Positions 9,059 through 17,826 of a stretch of DNA of 45,423 bases are shown one piece after another. Under the pieces are notes generated by a model. The model had not been told where the DNA came from. It searched no databases and saw nothing but the letters and a program-made list of their open reading frames with translations. Every line of letters starts with the position of its first letter. Position 1 is the stretch's first letter. The stretch spans positions 1 through 45,423 of the forward strand of contig JBNJGY010000011.1 in NCBI GenBank assembly GCA_051748045.1. The letters are read 5' to 3'. The DNA comes from Thermotogota bacterium. GTDB lineage: Bacteria; Thermotogota; Thermotogae; Petrotogales; Petrotogaceae. Both the position numbers and the translations under genes were made by a program.

Positions 9059-10222
9059 TTATAAATTAATTATTTTCATCCATAAACATTTCAAATAAAG
9101 TGATTCGGGTATTTGGAGAATCCATGGATGATCTAATGATTGATAGGTCATACCAACAAATTGTAATAATATTTTTTCAGAATAAAAAGCCTTTCTAGTT
9201 GATTCAATTAATAGGTCTATATCTGCATGATAAGCACAACTACATACTCCTAATATTCCTTCATCTTTAATATGTGGCTTAGCAAGCTCAACAATATTTT
9301 TAAAAATATTTACTCCTTTTTTTCTTTCTGATTTCTTTTTTATTAAAGATGGAGGATCTAACACTATTATATCAAATTTTTCCCCTTCATAATCTTTCAT
9401 ATAATTTTCATAAGTTGAATTAACATATTCAATATTTTTAATAGCGTTTAGTTCTGAATTTCTTTTTGCTACTTTTAACGATTCTTTATCTTTATCTATA
9501 GCTATAACTTTTCTTGCCCCAGCATAAGACATGTTAAGAGCAAATCCTCCTGTAAAAGTATGAGCATCTAATGCTAATGAATCTTTTTTTGTTAATTCTC
9601 TGACAAATTTCCTTGACTCTTTTTGATCAAAGAAAAAACCTGTTTTTTGGCCTTCGGTTGGGTTAACAAAATATTTTATCCCATGTTCTTCTATTATTAT
9701 TTCTTTTGGAATTTTTTCACCATATAAATGCCCTACATTTCTTTCAATTCTATCTTCTACATTAGATTCAAAATCACTTCTTTCATAAATAGCTTTCGGT
9801 TTAAATAATTCTATTAACGAATCAACAATTTCTTTTTTATAATTTTCAACGCCTTTATTTCTCAATTGAATAATATAATAATCATTATATTTGTCAATTA
9901 TTAAACCTGGGATACCATCAGCTTCAGCATGAATTAGCCTATATGATTGACCCAAAGAAATTCTTTTCTTACTAGCTATATGAATTTTTTGTTTAAAAAA
10001 CTCATTGTTTATATTTTTATCTTCAGTAGTTAACATTTTTACAGATATGTTCCCATTTGAATAAAATCCTTTACCTACAAATCTATAATCATTTGAAAAC
10101 ACATTACAGATTTCACCTTCATTTTTTTCTCCCTGTATCTCAAATATTTCATCTTTAAATACCCTTGGATAAAGATTAATTATTTTTTTTTCTTTGTTTT
10201 TATTTAATCTAACTATAATCAT
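9059..10222 (-). CDS. rlmI: RlmI-family SAM-dependent rRNA m5C methyltransferase
   Basis: PUA-like N-terminus, EADGIPGLIID, GQKTGFFFDQ, TGGF, DPPS, DHP and YLK motifs. Confidence 0.85.
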   Translation of the reverse strand: MIIVRLNKNKEKKIINLYPRVFKDEIFEIQGEKNEGEICNVFSNDYRFVGKGFYSNGNISVKMLTTEDKNINNEFFKQKIHIASKKRISLGQSYRLIHAEADGIPGLIIDKYNDYYIIQLRNKGVENYKKEIVDSLIELFKPKAIYERSDFESNVEDRIERNVGHLYGEKIPKEIIIEEHGIKYFVNPTEGQKTGFFFDQKESRKFVRELTKKDSLALDAHTFTGGFALNMSYAGARKVIAIDKDKESLKVAKRNSELNAIKNIEYVNSTYENYMKDYEGEKFDIIVLDPPSLIKKKSERKKGVNIFKNIVELAKPHIKDEGILGVCSCAYHADIDLLIESTRKAFYSEKILLQFVGMTYQSLDHPWILQIPESLYLKCLWMKIINL

Positions 10223-10234
10223 AAATATCCATCC

Positions 10235-10684
10235 TTATAAATCATTTTGTGCATCTAATTCGTAACTTAAAATTTCATTTTCATCAAAAAATATATCAAT
10301 TTCTTTATTAGCATTCTTAATGCTATCTGAAGCATGGACTATATTCTTTTGAATAGTTAATCCAAACTCTCCTCTTATACTTCCTGGTGAAGCTTTCAAA
10401 GGATCTGTATTACCAATAATATGTCTAACCATTTCTATAGCTCTTGGTGCTTCTAAAACCATTACTATTGCTGGCCCAGATAAAATAAAATTTTTTAAAG
10501 AATTATAAAAGTCTTTATTTTTATGAATTTCATATAATTTGTTTGCTTGCTTTTCATTGATTTTTATCATTTTTAATCCAAGGATTTTCAAACCTCTATT
10601 TTCTAATCTAGTAATTATTTCTCCTACAAAACCTCTTCTTATAGAATTCGGTTTTATCATTAAAAATTCTCTTTCTAGCTTCAT
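10235..10684 (-). CDS. ndk: Nucleoside diphosphate kinase
   Basis: MIKP, GEIITR, SGP, PGSIRG and NIVHASDS (catalytic His). Confidence 0.96.
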   Translation of the reverse strand: MKLEREFLMIKPNSIRRGFVGEIITRLENRGLKILGLKMIKINEKQANKLYEIHKNKDFYNSLKNFILSGPAIVMVLEAPRAIEMVRHIIGNTDPLKASPGSIRGEFGLTIQKNIVHASDSIKNANKEIDIFFDENEILSYELDAQNDL

Positions 10685-10688
10685 AAAA

Positions 10689-11300
10689 TCACCTTTTTAT
10701 TATTGTTATTTTTCCATCTTTTAAGTAAAAGATTATATTAGATATATCTTTTATTCTTTCATCATGAGTAGCGATTATAAATGTTTTATTTATTGAATAT
10801 TTTTTTATAATATTTATCATCTGTTCAGCGTTTTTTGAATCCAATGAAGATGTTGGCTCATCAAAAAAAATTAAATCATTACTAATTATATTTTTTATAA
10901 AAGCAATTCTTTGTTCTTCACCAGTTGATAACTGATATGGAAACCTTTTTTTTAATTCAAAAACATTTAAGTCTTTCATTATCTTATTAATTTTAATATC
11001 ATCATCAAAATTCCTAATCAACTGGGCTATTTTAATGTTATCAATTACATTCAAGTCTTTTAATAAATTATTTTTTTGAAATAAAAAACCTTTATTTAAT
11101 TTTTCTCTATAAAATATTTCACCTTTATAACCTTTTAAAAGCCCTGCAATTAAAAATAGTAAAGTTGTTTTACCACTTCCAGATGGCCCATATATAGATG
11201 TTATTTTATTTTTTTCGATATTTATATTAATATTTTCTAAAACTTTTTGTCTTTCATACGAGAAACTTATTTTTTTAGTATAAATTAAGTTATTCTCCAT
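10689..11300 (-). CDS. ABC transporter ATP-binding protein (LolD-like)
   Basis: Walker A GPSGSGKTT, signature LSTGEEQR, Walker B FFDEPT, THD; downstream of a LolC/E-like permease. Confidence 0.88.
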   Translation of the reverse strand: MENNLIYTKKISFSYERQKVLENININIEKNKITSIYGPSGSGKTTLLFLIAGLLKGYKGEIFYREKLNKGFLFQKNNLLKDLNVIDNIKIAQLIRNFDDDIKINKIMKDLNVFELKKRFPYQLSTGEEQRIAFIKNIISNDLIFFDEPTSSLDSKNAEQMINIIKKYSINKTFIIATHDERIKDISNIIFYLKDGKITIIKR

Positions 11301-12378
11301 CTTTTAATACCTCAATATGATCAAATTTCATTAGACGTTTTAAATTTATAATTGAAATAATTGAAACAATAATTACTGTAAAAAAGAAAGATAAAATCAT
11401 CATCTTATAATCAAATTTAACAGGTAAATAATCTATATAAAAAATACCTGATGGTAATGGGATTTTAAGTAAATTTAATATTATTACCGTAAATAAAGAA
11501 AAGAAAACTCCATAAATATATCCAATTAATGATGTTATTAAAGATTCAAATAAAAAAATATTCTTTATTTGATTCCAAGTAAATCCGGTGATCCTCAACA
11601 AACCAATCTCTCTTTTCCTTTTTAAAAAAGAGAATGTTAATGAATTACTAACAGAAAAAGAAGCCATTAAAACAATAAAAAAAGTTATTAGCAAACTAAT
11701 CATGCTATCTATTTCTATTGTTTGTGTTAAGGTCTTATTAGATTCTTTCCAAGTTAAGCTTGAAAACTCACTTAAATATTTTTTTTTAAATTGATCTGCT
11801 TTATTTGGTTCTTTTAAAATTATAGCTGTATATTCAAATTTTTGACTAGGATCTATTTTTTTTAAAATCATATTATTATCAAAAGTACTGATCTTTGTTT
11901 TAAAAACATTATCATATTCTATATTATCAATTTCTGGAATAAAATTGTTCAATGTTATAGTTCTCAACATTTTGTTTTCAGAATATTTTTCTATCCCAAC
12001 CCCAATAACATTATAATTTATATTTTTATTTTCTATTTCTTTTAAAAAATTATTTGAAAAATGTTTTAAAGAACTTGTTTTTAATACATTTACCATCTTA
12101 AGTTCAGGTTGTATAATTAAAGCATTTTCAAAAGATAATTTATAAGAATAATCAACTTCTTTATTTTCTATATCATGTTCTCCATTAATTAAAATATGTG
12201 GGTAGAATTCCGTTATAGAATTTATTAAAACATTATCAAAACCATTAATAACAGAAGTAATTACAATCAAACCCCATATCGCTATACCAACTGATATCAT
12301 AGTAAACCTAAAATCTTTTTTAGATTTTCTAAAATAACCAAATATAACTTTTTTAATTGCTAAAAATTTTTTATTCAT
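11290..12378 (-). CDS. LolC/E-like (FtsX/MacB family) permease
   Basis: GIAIWGLIVITSVINGF, KRKREIGLLRITG and FYIDYLP motifs typical of LolC/E. Confidence 0.85.
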   Translation of the reverse strand: MNKKFLAIKKVIFGYFRKSKKDFRFTMISVGIAIWGLIVITSVINGFDNVLINSITEFYPHILINGEHDIENKEVDYSYKLSFENALIIQPELKMVNVLKTSSLKHFSNNFLKEIENKNINYNVIGVGIEKYSENKMLRTITLNNFIPEIDNIEYDNVFKTKISTFDNNMILKKIDPSQKFEYTAIILKEPNKADQFKKKYLSEFSSLTWKESNKTLTQTIEIDSMISLLITFFIVLMASFSVSNSLTFSFLKRKREIGLLRITGFTWNQIKNIFLFESLITSLIGYIYGVFFSLFTVIILNLLKIPLPSGIFYIDYLPVKFDYKMMILSFFFTVIIVSIISIINLKRLMKFDHIEVLKDGE

Positions 12379-13525
12379 TCATAATCACCAAAGCGTCATA
12401 ATCGGTAGTATCTATTAAATTATTTGCAAAATAATCTATCACTTGTAAATAAACTTTATCATCATTTACAATAATAAATTCATTATTGGGGAAAGTTTTT
12501 TCTAAATCAGGTATAATTTTAGACTTGTAAGAATTATTTTTCATAAAAACCAAGGATTTTTCAGAAGATAAATTCTCAATCTTTTTATCCAATACCTTTA
12601 ATCTATAACCACTAATTTCCCATTTATCAAAAATGTAAGTATAAAATGAATAATCATAATTTAAATAGTTTTTTGAAAAAAGAATCCATAATGATTGAGC
12701 TTTCGAATCGTCTATTATTTCAAATTTTACTTTGTCTCTAAAAGAATTAATTTTTTCTTCATTTAATAGTAGATAACTTTCCTCTATAACTGTTGGTAAT
12801 GAATCAAAAGTAAATTGAGCTTCTCTAAGATAAGAATACAAAGACATCATTTTTTTTAAATCAAAAGAATTTTTAGTATTTTCTTGTACATATTGAAATA
12901 TGTCAAATAATGATCTAAAGCCTTTTTTTTGTGCTGAGTCCAGCATTGAATATAAAGCTTTCTTTTGTCTTTCAATTCTACCTATATCTCCCATAGCATC
13001 ATGTCTAAATCTCATGTAAGATAGTAATTCTTCTCCATTTAAATTATTAATACCTTTCTCAAAATTTATGTTTAAATTCTGATGATAATCAGTGTATTTC
13101 ATATCATTTTCTATATAAATTTTTACAGGTGAAATCATATTACCAATCTCTTTAAATATCTCATAATTAAAAAATATGTAATCTTCAATTTGAATTTTAG
13201 ATATTTTTTCAACCTGATTTATAAGTTCATTCATACCAAATATACTATAAATAGAGTTGATTCTTCTTTCTTGATTTTGTACTTTAAGTAATAAATCTCT
13301 AGGGAAATGAAAAAATCTCACTTCATTGTTTTCAATGGCTCCTAACAACAAAGTATCTGTTCTTGAATCATACTCTTCAATAGAATCAATCCCTATTACT
13401 AAAAAGTAATAGGGTGTATTAAAATTATCTTTTATGTTTATATTTTTAATTATAGAGAAAATAAGAGAAAATAATATAAGTAACGATAAAGCTACACCTA
13501 TAATTTTTAGAAGTATTTCTTTCAT
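12371..13525 (-). CDS. LCP (LytR-CpsA-Psr) family protein
   Basis: N-terminal TM, GID, RTDT, PRD, RINS and YMRFRHDAMGDIGRIERQ. Confidence 0.92.
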   Translation of the reverse strand: MKEILLKIIGVALSLLILFSLIFSIIKNINIKDNFNTPYYFLVIGIDSIEEYDSRTDTLLLGAIENNEVRFFHFPRDLLLKVQNQERRINSIYSIFGMNELINQVEKISKIQIEDYIFFNYEIFKEIGNMISPVKIYIENDMKYTDYHQNLNINFEKGINNLNGEELLSYMRFRHDAMGDIGRIERQKKALYSMLDSAQKKGFRSLFDIFQYVQENTKNSFDLKKMMSLYSYLREAQFTFDSLPTVIEESYLLLNEEKINSFRDKVKFEIIDDSKAQSLWILFSKNYLNYDYSFYTYIFDKWEISGYRLKVLDKKIENLSSEKSLVFMKNNSYKSKIIPDLEKTFPNNEFIIVNDDKVYLQVIDYFANNLIDTTDYDALVIMNE

Positions 13526-13529
13526 TTTG

Positions 13530-14231
13530 TTATTCTAAATTCTCTCTAACTTTCTCATAGGAATTTTTGTCAACATAATTTCTCTCAAAAGTACCATCAT
13601 TTGTGTTTATTATCAGTGGTTTTTCAAACTGACTTTCAATTTTTAATGACTTGTAATCAGTTATAGAATATTCACTTAATTTTTTTAAAAAATAATATAA
13701 AGATTCATTAGTAATAAGAGAATTTCTATCTTGCTGTTTTATAATATTCGTATATTTACCCATTTTAAAAATATTTAATATAGAAAAATTTGGATCTGTT
13801 ATTTGGTCAAAAAATATATCCATATCATTAGCTTGAGAACCCATTTGTGAAGTTAATTCTTTCAACGATTCTTCTGTTAATTCAAAATAAAATACTCTGT
13901 CGGAGCTTAAATCAAATTGTTCTTCAAAAACTTCTATTGTTTCATTAAGATATTTTGTAGATATGGTATTTTTAGTATCAGGAAATGTTAGACCATCATT
14001 AAGTTTAACCATCATAACTCTCCTAGATGAATTTATAATTCTGGTAAAATATACATCTTCTCTATATTTAATAGCATATGTATATTTATTGAAATTATAA
14101 AGATCGTTATTATTATATTTGTTATACTGATAAAATAGAAATCCCCCTAAAATAATAATAATCAAAACAAGCCATATCCACCATTTTGATCCTTTTTTAT
14201 TTTTATTACCGCCTAAATATATATTAGCCAT
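13530..14231 (-). CDS. Membrane-anchored hypothetical protein, possibly a degenerate LCP paralog
   Basis: Start likely the ATG at 14231 (GAGGTGA SD); basic cytoplasmic tail, TM, then an extracytoplasmic domain. Confidence 0.7.
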   Translation of the reverse strand: MANIYLGGNKNKKGSKWWIWLVLIIIILGGFLFYQYNKYNNNDLYNFNKYTYAIKYREDVYFTRIINSSRRVMMVKLNDGLTFPDTKNTISTKYLNETIEVFEEQFDLSSDRVFYFELTEESLKELTSQMGSQANDMDIFFDQITDPNFSILNIFKMGKYTNIIKQQDRNSLITNESLYYFLKKLSEYSITDYKSLKIESQFEKPLIINTNDGTFERNYVDKNSYEKVRENLE

Positions 14232-14232
14232 T

Positions 14233-14814
14233 TTATTCACCTCTTAGTTTATTATACAATGTATAAGTTTCATTTAATATAGGTAAATCATTTTTTAAAG
14301 AATAATTCATTCTATTTTTTATTATGCTAAAATAAGATTTTTCTAAGTTTTTATAAGATATTTCTCTCAGTTTTTCAACCCCTTTAAAACTTCTATTAAA
14401 TTCAAGAGTATCAGAAATAATTAAAATCTTACCAATAGTTTTAAAACAAATATTACCAGAAGTATGAAAGTAAATAGCTTTAAATACTTCATTGTCTATA
14501 TTATAATTATTATTAACATACTCAGCAGCAATCTTCCCATGTAATAATATAGGGTTTTTAGTTTCTAAAGAATTTGGAATAATTCCATATTCACGTGATT
14601 TTTTTATCTTTTCATTATCTGGTATATCTCTAAATAAATCATGAGATATAACTGCAATCTTTATTCTATTAATTAGTTTTTCTTCTTTTATTTTATGTTT
14701 TTTAATAAGTACATCAGCATATTTTTCTACTGATAACACATGTTCATATCTGTTTTTTTTTACTTGATCTTTCAATATTTTTTTTAAATCATAATAAATT
14801 TCAATTAAATCCAT
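14233..14814 (-). CDS. yqeK: YqeK-family HD hydrolase (symmetrical Ap4A hydrolase)
   Basis: RYEHVLSV, SHD, LLHG, FHTSG and SDTLEFNR; the LCP neighbour fits known yqeK contexts. Confidence 0.85.
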   Translation of the reverse strand: MDLIEIYYDLKKILKDQVKKNRYEHVLSVEKYADVLIKKHKIKEEKLINRIKIAVISHDLFRDIPDNEKIKKSREYGIIPNSLETKNPILLHGKIAAEYVNNNYNIDNEVFKAIYFHTSGNICFKTIGKILIISDTLEFNRSFKGVEKLREISYKNLEKSYFSIIKNRMNYSLKNDLPILNETYTLYNKLRGE

Positions 14815-14827
14815 TTTTTACATCCTT

Positions 14828-15118
14828 TTAAAAAATATCATATAAATGTTCAGTCACCATCACTCCATATTCTGCTTCTATCCTTTCTTCTATTTCTTCA
14901 ACTACTTTCAATAAAAAATTTTTGCTATTGGATACTATTGAATAAGTAAGAGATATAAATTCGTGAGATTCGTGAAAATCACTTTCTATAATAGAAGCAT
15001 TATACTTTTTATCCAGTAAGTTTTTCATTCTTTTTATTATACTTCTTTTTTCTTTTAAACTATTTAACCCTTTTATTCGAGAAATTATATTTCCTTTTAA
15101 ACAATAAGTATTTACCAT
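14828..15118 (-). CDS. DUF503 (YlxP-like) protein
   Basis: SLKEKRSIIK and YNASIIE motifs; 96 aa. Confidence 0.8.
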   Translation of the reverse strand: MVNTYCLKGNIISRIKGLNSLKEKRSIIKRMKNLLDKKYNASIIESDFHESHEFISLTYSIVSNSKNFLLKVVEEIEERIEAEYGVMVTEHLYDIF

Positions 15119-15639
15119 TTTTTATATACAATTTTATCCAATATAAATTCTTCATATCTTGCTAAAAGAAATAACACATCTGATAGTCTGTTGATGTATT
15201 TTTTTAATTCAATATCAATATTTTCATTATTTGATAAAGAAATAATTCTTCTTTCAGCTCTTCTTGAAATAGTTCTGCATATATCTATTTTTGATGACGA
15301 AAGAGTATTTCCTGGAATGACAAAACCTTTTAATTTCATTTTTTCTTCTAACTCTTTTACAAGATCATTTAATTTCCCTACATCTTTTAATTCTATTGGA
15401 CTAACGTATTTTTTGTCTTTTGAAGCTAAAGTTCCTGCTACTTTAAAAAGGTCATTTTGTAAATCTATAATGATGTTTTTTATTTTATTTGATTTAACAT
15501 AATGTTTGGCCTCTCCAAGATGTGAATTAAGCTCATCTATAGTTCCATAAGATTCAACTCTTATACTGTCTTTACTTACTCTCTCACCACTCCATAATGA
15601 TGTTTGTCCTTTATCGCCTTTTTTTGTTGAAATGGACAT
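15112..15639 (-). CDS. pduO: PduO-type ATP:cob(I)alamin adenosyltransferase
   Basis: STKKGDKGQTSL, YGTIDELNS, RTISRRAERR and NRLSD. Confidence 0.92.
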   Translation of the reverse strand: MSISTKKGDKGQTSLWSGERVSKDSIRVESYGTIDELNSHLGEAKHYVKSNKIKNIIIDLQNDLFKVAGTLASKDKKYVSPIELKDVGKLNDLVKELEEKMKLKGFVIPGNTLSSSKIDICRTISRRAERRIISLSNNENIDIELKKYINRLSDVLFLLARYEEFILDKIVYKKW

Positions 15640-15669
15640 ATAAACACCTCCACTTTTATTATCTACTTA

Positions 15670-15678
15670 ATTATAACA
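15670..15678 (-). promoter_or_regulatory. Putative extended -10 promoter (TGnTATAAT) for the pduO...rnf run
   Basis: Minus strand reads TGTTATAAT about 30 nt upstream of the pduO ATG, directly after the terminator U-tract; no clear -35. Confidence 0.55.
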
Positions 15679-15709
15679 AAAAAAAGGAGGCATTTATAGA
15701 TGCCTCCTT
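15678..15709 (-). terminator. Intrinsic terminator after EF-G2
   Basis: AAGGAGGCAT-CTATAA-ATGCCTCCTT stem followed by a T-tract on the minus strand. Confidence 0.88.
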
Positions 15710-15731
15710 AAAATTAATTTATCTAAAAATC

Positions 15732-17801
15732 TTATTCTTCTTCTTTTTCTTTTTCTGCTTCTTTAATTATTTTATTTTGAATATCACCGCTGACTTCATT
15801 ATAATGTGAGAATTTCATGTTAAAAAACCCTTTTCCTGATGTTAGAGAACTTAATCTAGGTGAAAAATCCATCATTTCAGCAAGTGGGATTTCTGCATTT
15901 ATTTTATCATTACCTTTTCCTACATTTTCCATTCCCATAGGTCTTCCTCTTTTTGCTGTTATTTCACCCATTACATCACCAGTATATTCGTTTGGTACAA
16001 AAATTTCTACATACATAACTGGTTCTAGAATTACTGATTTAGCAGTTTTAAGAGCATCTTTAAATGCAGCTCTTGCAGCTATTTGAAACGCTATATCTGA
16101 AGAATCAACATCATGATGAGAACCATCATATAAAGTTACCTTTACGTCAACAACTGGATACCCAGCTAATATTCCATTTTTCATAGCCTCTTGAACACCT
16201 TTATCTACTGATGGAATATAACTTTTTGGAATAACTCCTCCAACAATTTCATCAACAAATTCGTATCCTTCTCCTCTTTGCATTGGCTCCACTCTTATTT
16301 TAACATGTCCGTATTGACCATGCCCTCCAGTTTGTTTTTTATGTTTATATTCTGCTTCTGTTGAATTTCTTATTGTTTCTCTATAAGCAATTTTTGGTTG
16401 ACCTATATTTATCTTAACTTCAAAATTCTTTTTTAATCTTTCCATCATAACTTCTAAATGAATAGAACCAATTCCACTTACAACTGTTTCACCAGTTTCA
16501 GAATCAAAATTCCAAGAAAATGTCGGGTCTGATTCTGACAATTTTTGAAGAGCATTTGTAACTTTATCGATTTCATTTTTAGATTCAGGACTAATTGATT
16601 TTGAAATCATAGGTTCAGGAAAATCTGGTTCTTTTACTATTATATCTTCACCTTTTGTAATTGTTGAACCTATAAAAGTATTTTTTAATTTAGGAATTAA
16701 TATTATATCCCCAGGTGTAGCTATATCTAATTCTTCATTCTTATCTGCTCTAGGCAAATACAAATGAGAAACTTTTTCATTTGATTCTTGTTGCACTATT
16801 TTAAATGAATCTCCTGGTTTTAATTCTCCTGATATAATTCTTATATAAGTCAATTTCCCTACAAAAGGATCAACATCATTTTTTATAATTACACCAGTTA
16901 AATCTTCATTTTCATCAGGTTTTAATTCCTTTCCATCTTCAGTTTCAAAAACTCTTTCTGAAACGTACATCCCAAATTTTTTCAAAGCGGATAATAATCT
17001 ATCAACACCTATATTTTTTATTGCTGAACCTACAAGAACTGGTGCTATATCATCATGGTCAAAAGCTTCATGAAGATCTTTCATCAACTCTTCTTCAGTT
17101 AAAGCATCTTCTCCATCTTCAAAGTATTTTTCCATTAATTCATCATCATATTCAACAATATCTTCAATTAATTCAGAATGATATAAATCAAAATAATTTT
17201 TAGCTTTTTCATCAATTTCATCTATTTCTTTATCTTTTCCTGAAGCATCAGGCTCATAAATATAACTTTTTTTAGTTAACAGGTTAACAATTCCATTAAA
17301 CTCTTCTCCTTCTCCAACTGGAACCTGAAAAGGAACTACTTTAACCCCATCTTCAAATTTTTCTTTCAATTGGGTTACTACATTTTCGAAATTGGCACCT
17401 TCTTTATCCATTTGATTAATAAAGAAAAGAACAGGTTTGTTCATTTCTCTTGCGACATTCCAGATTCTTTCTGTTGAAACCTCAACACCTGCGTGAGCAT
17501 TAACAACTATTAAAACATTATCGACTGCATGTAAAGCTATTTCAATGTCTCCTAAAAACTCCGCAGAACCAGGAGTATCAATGAAATTAACTCGCAAGTC
17601 TTCATAATCTACAGTTACCACATGATTAGAAAATGTTGCTCCTTTTTCTTTTTCAATTGGTTCTTTATCTAAATATTTCTGTCCAATTCTGTCTGCTCCA
17701 GCATAGTCTTTCAAAATAGCATCCATTAAAGTTGTTTTACCACACGCATGATGACCGAAAACTCCAATGACTCTTTTTTGGGTAGTTTTAAACTTCCCCA
17801 T
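15732..17801 (-). CDS. fusA2: Elongation factor G-like paralog (EF-G2 type)
   Basis: Full EF-G domain order (YRETI, KKQTGGHGQYG, DGSHHDVDSS, LEP) with a divergent G domain (GHHACGKTT, KGATF, NQMD); start likely 17801 (GGAGGT SD). Confidence 0.9.
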   Translation of the reverse strand: MGKFKTTQKRVIGVFGHHACGKTTLMDAILKDYAGADRIGQKYLDKEPIEKEKGATFSNHVVTVDYEDLRVNFIDTPGSAEFLGDIEIALHAVDNVLIVVNAHAGVEVSTERIWNVAREMNKPVLFFINQMDKEGANFENVVTQLKEKFEDGVKVVPFQVPVGEGEEFNGIVNLLTKKSYIYEPDASGKDKEIDEIDEKAKNYFDLYHSELIEDIVEYDDELMEKYFEDGEDALTEEELMKDLHEAFDHDDIAPVLVGSAIKNIGVDRLLSALKKFGMYVSERVFETEDGKELKPDENEDLTGVIIKNDVDPFVGKLTYIRIISGELKPGDSFKIVQQESNEKVSHLYLPRADKNEELDIATPGDIILIPKLKNTFIGSTITKGEDIIVKEPDFPEPMISKSISPESKNEIDKVTNALQKLSESDPTFSWNFDSETGETVVSGIGSIHLEVMMERLKKNFEVKINIGQPKIAYRETIRNSTEAEYKHKKQTGGHGQYGHVKIRVEPMQRGEGYEFVDEIVGGVIPKSYIPSVDKGVQEAMKNGILAGYPVVDVKVTLYDGSHHDVDSSDIAFQIAARAAFKDALKTAKSVILEPVMYVEIFVPNEYTGDVMGEITAKRGRPMGMENVGKGNDKINAEIPLAEMMDFSPRLSSLTSGKGFFNMKFSHYNEVSGDIQNKIIKEAEKEKEEE

Positions 17802-17826
17802 AGTTCCCCACCTCCAGCACATTATT

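Noticed and set aside
15112-15669. Possible cobalamin riboswitch upstream of pduO
   Set aside because: The leader is too short and lacks a B12-box; the gap is accounted for by the terminator, promoter and SD.
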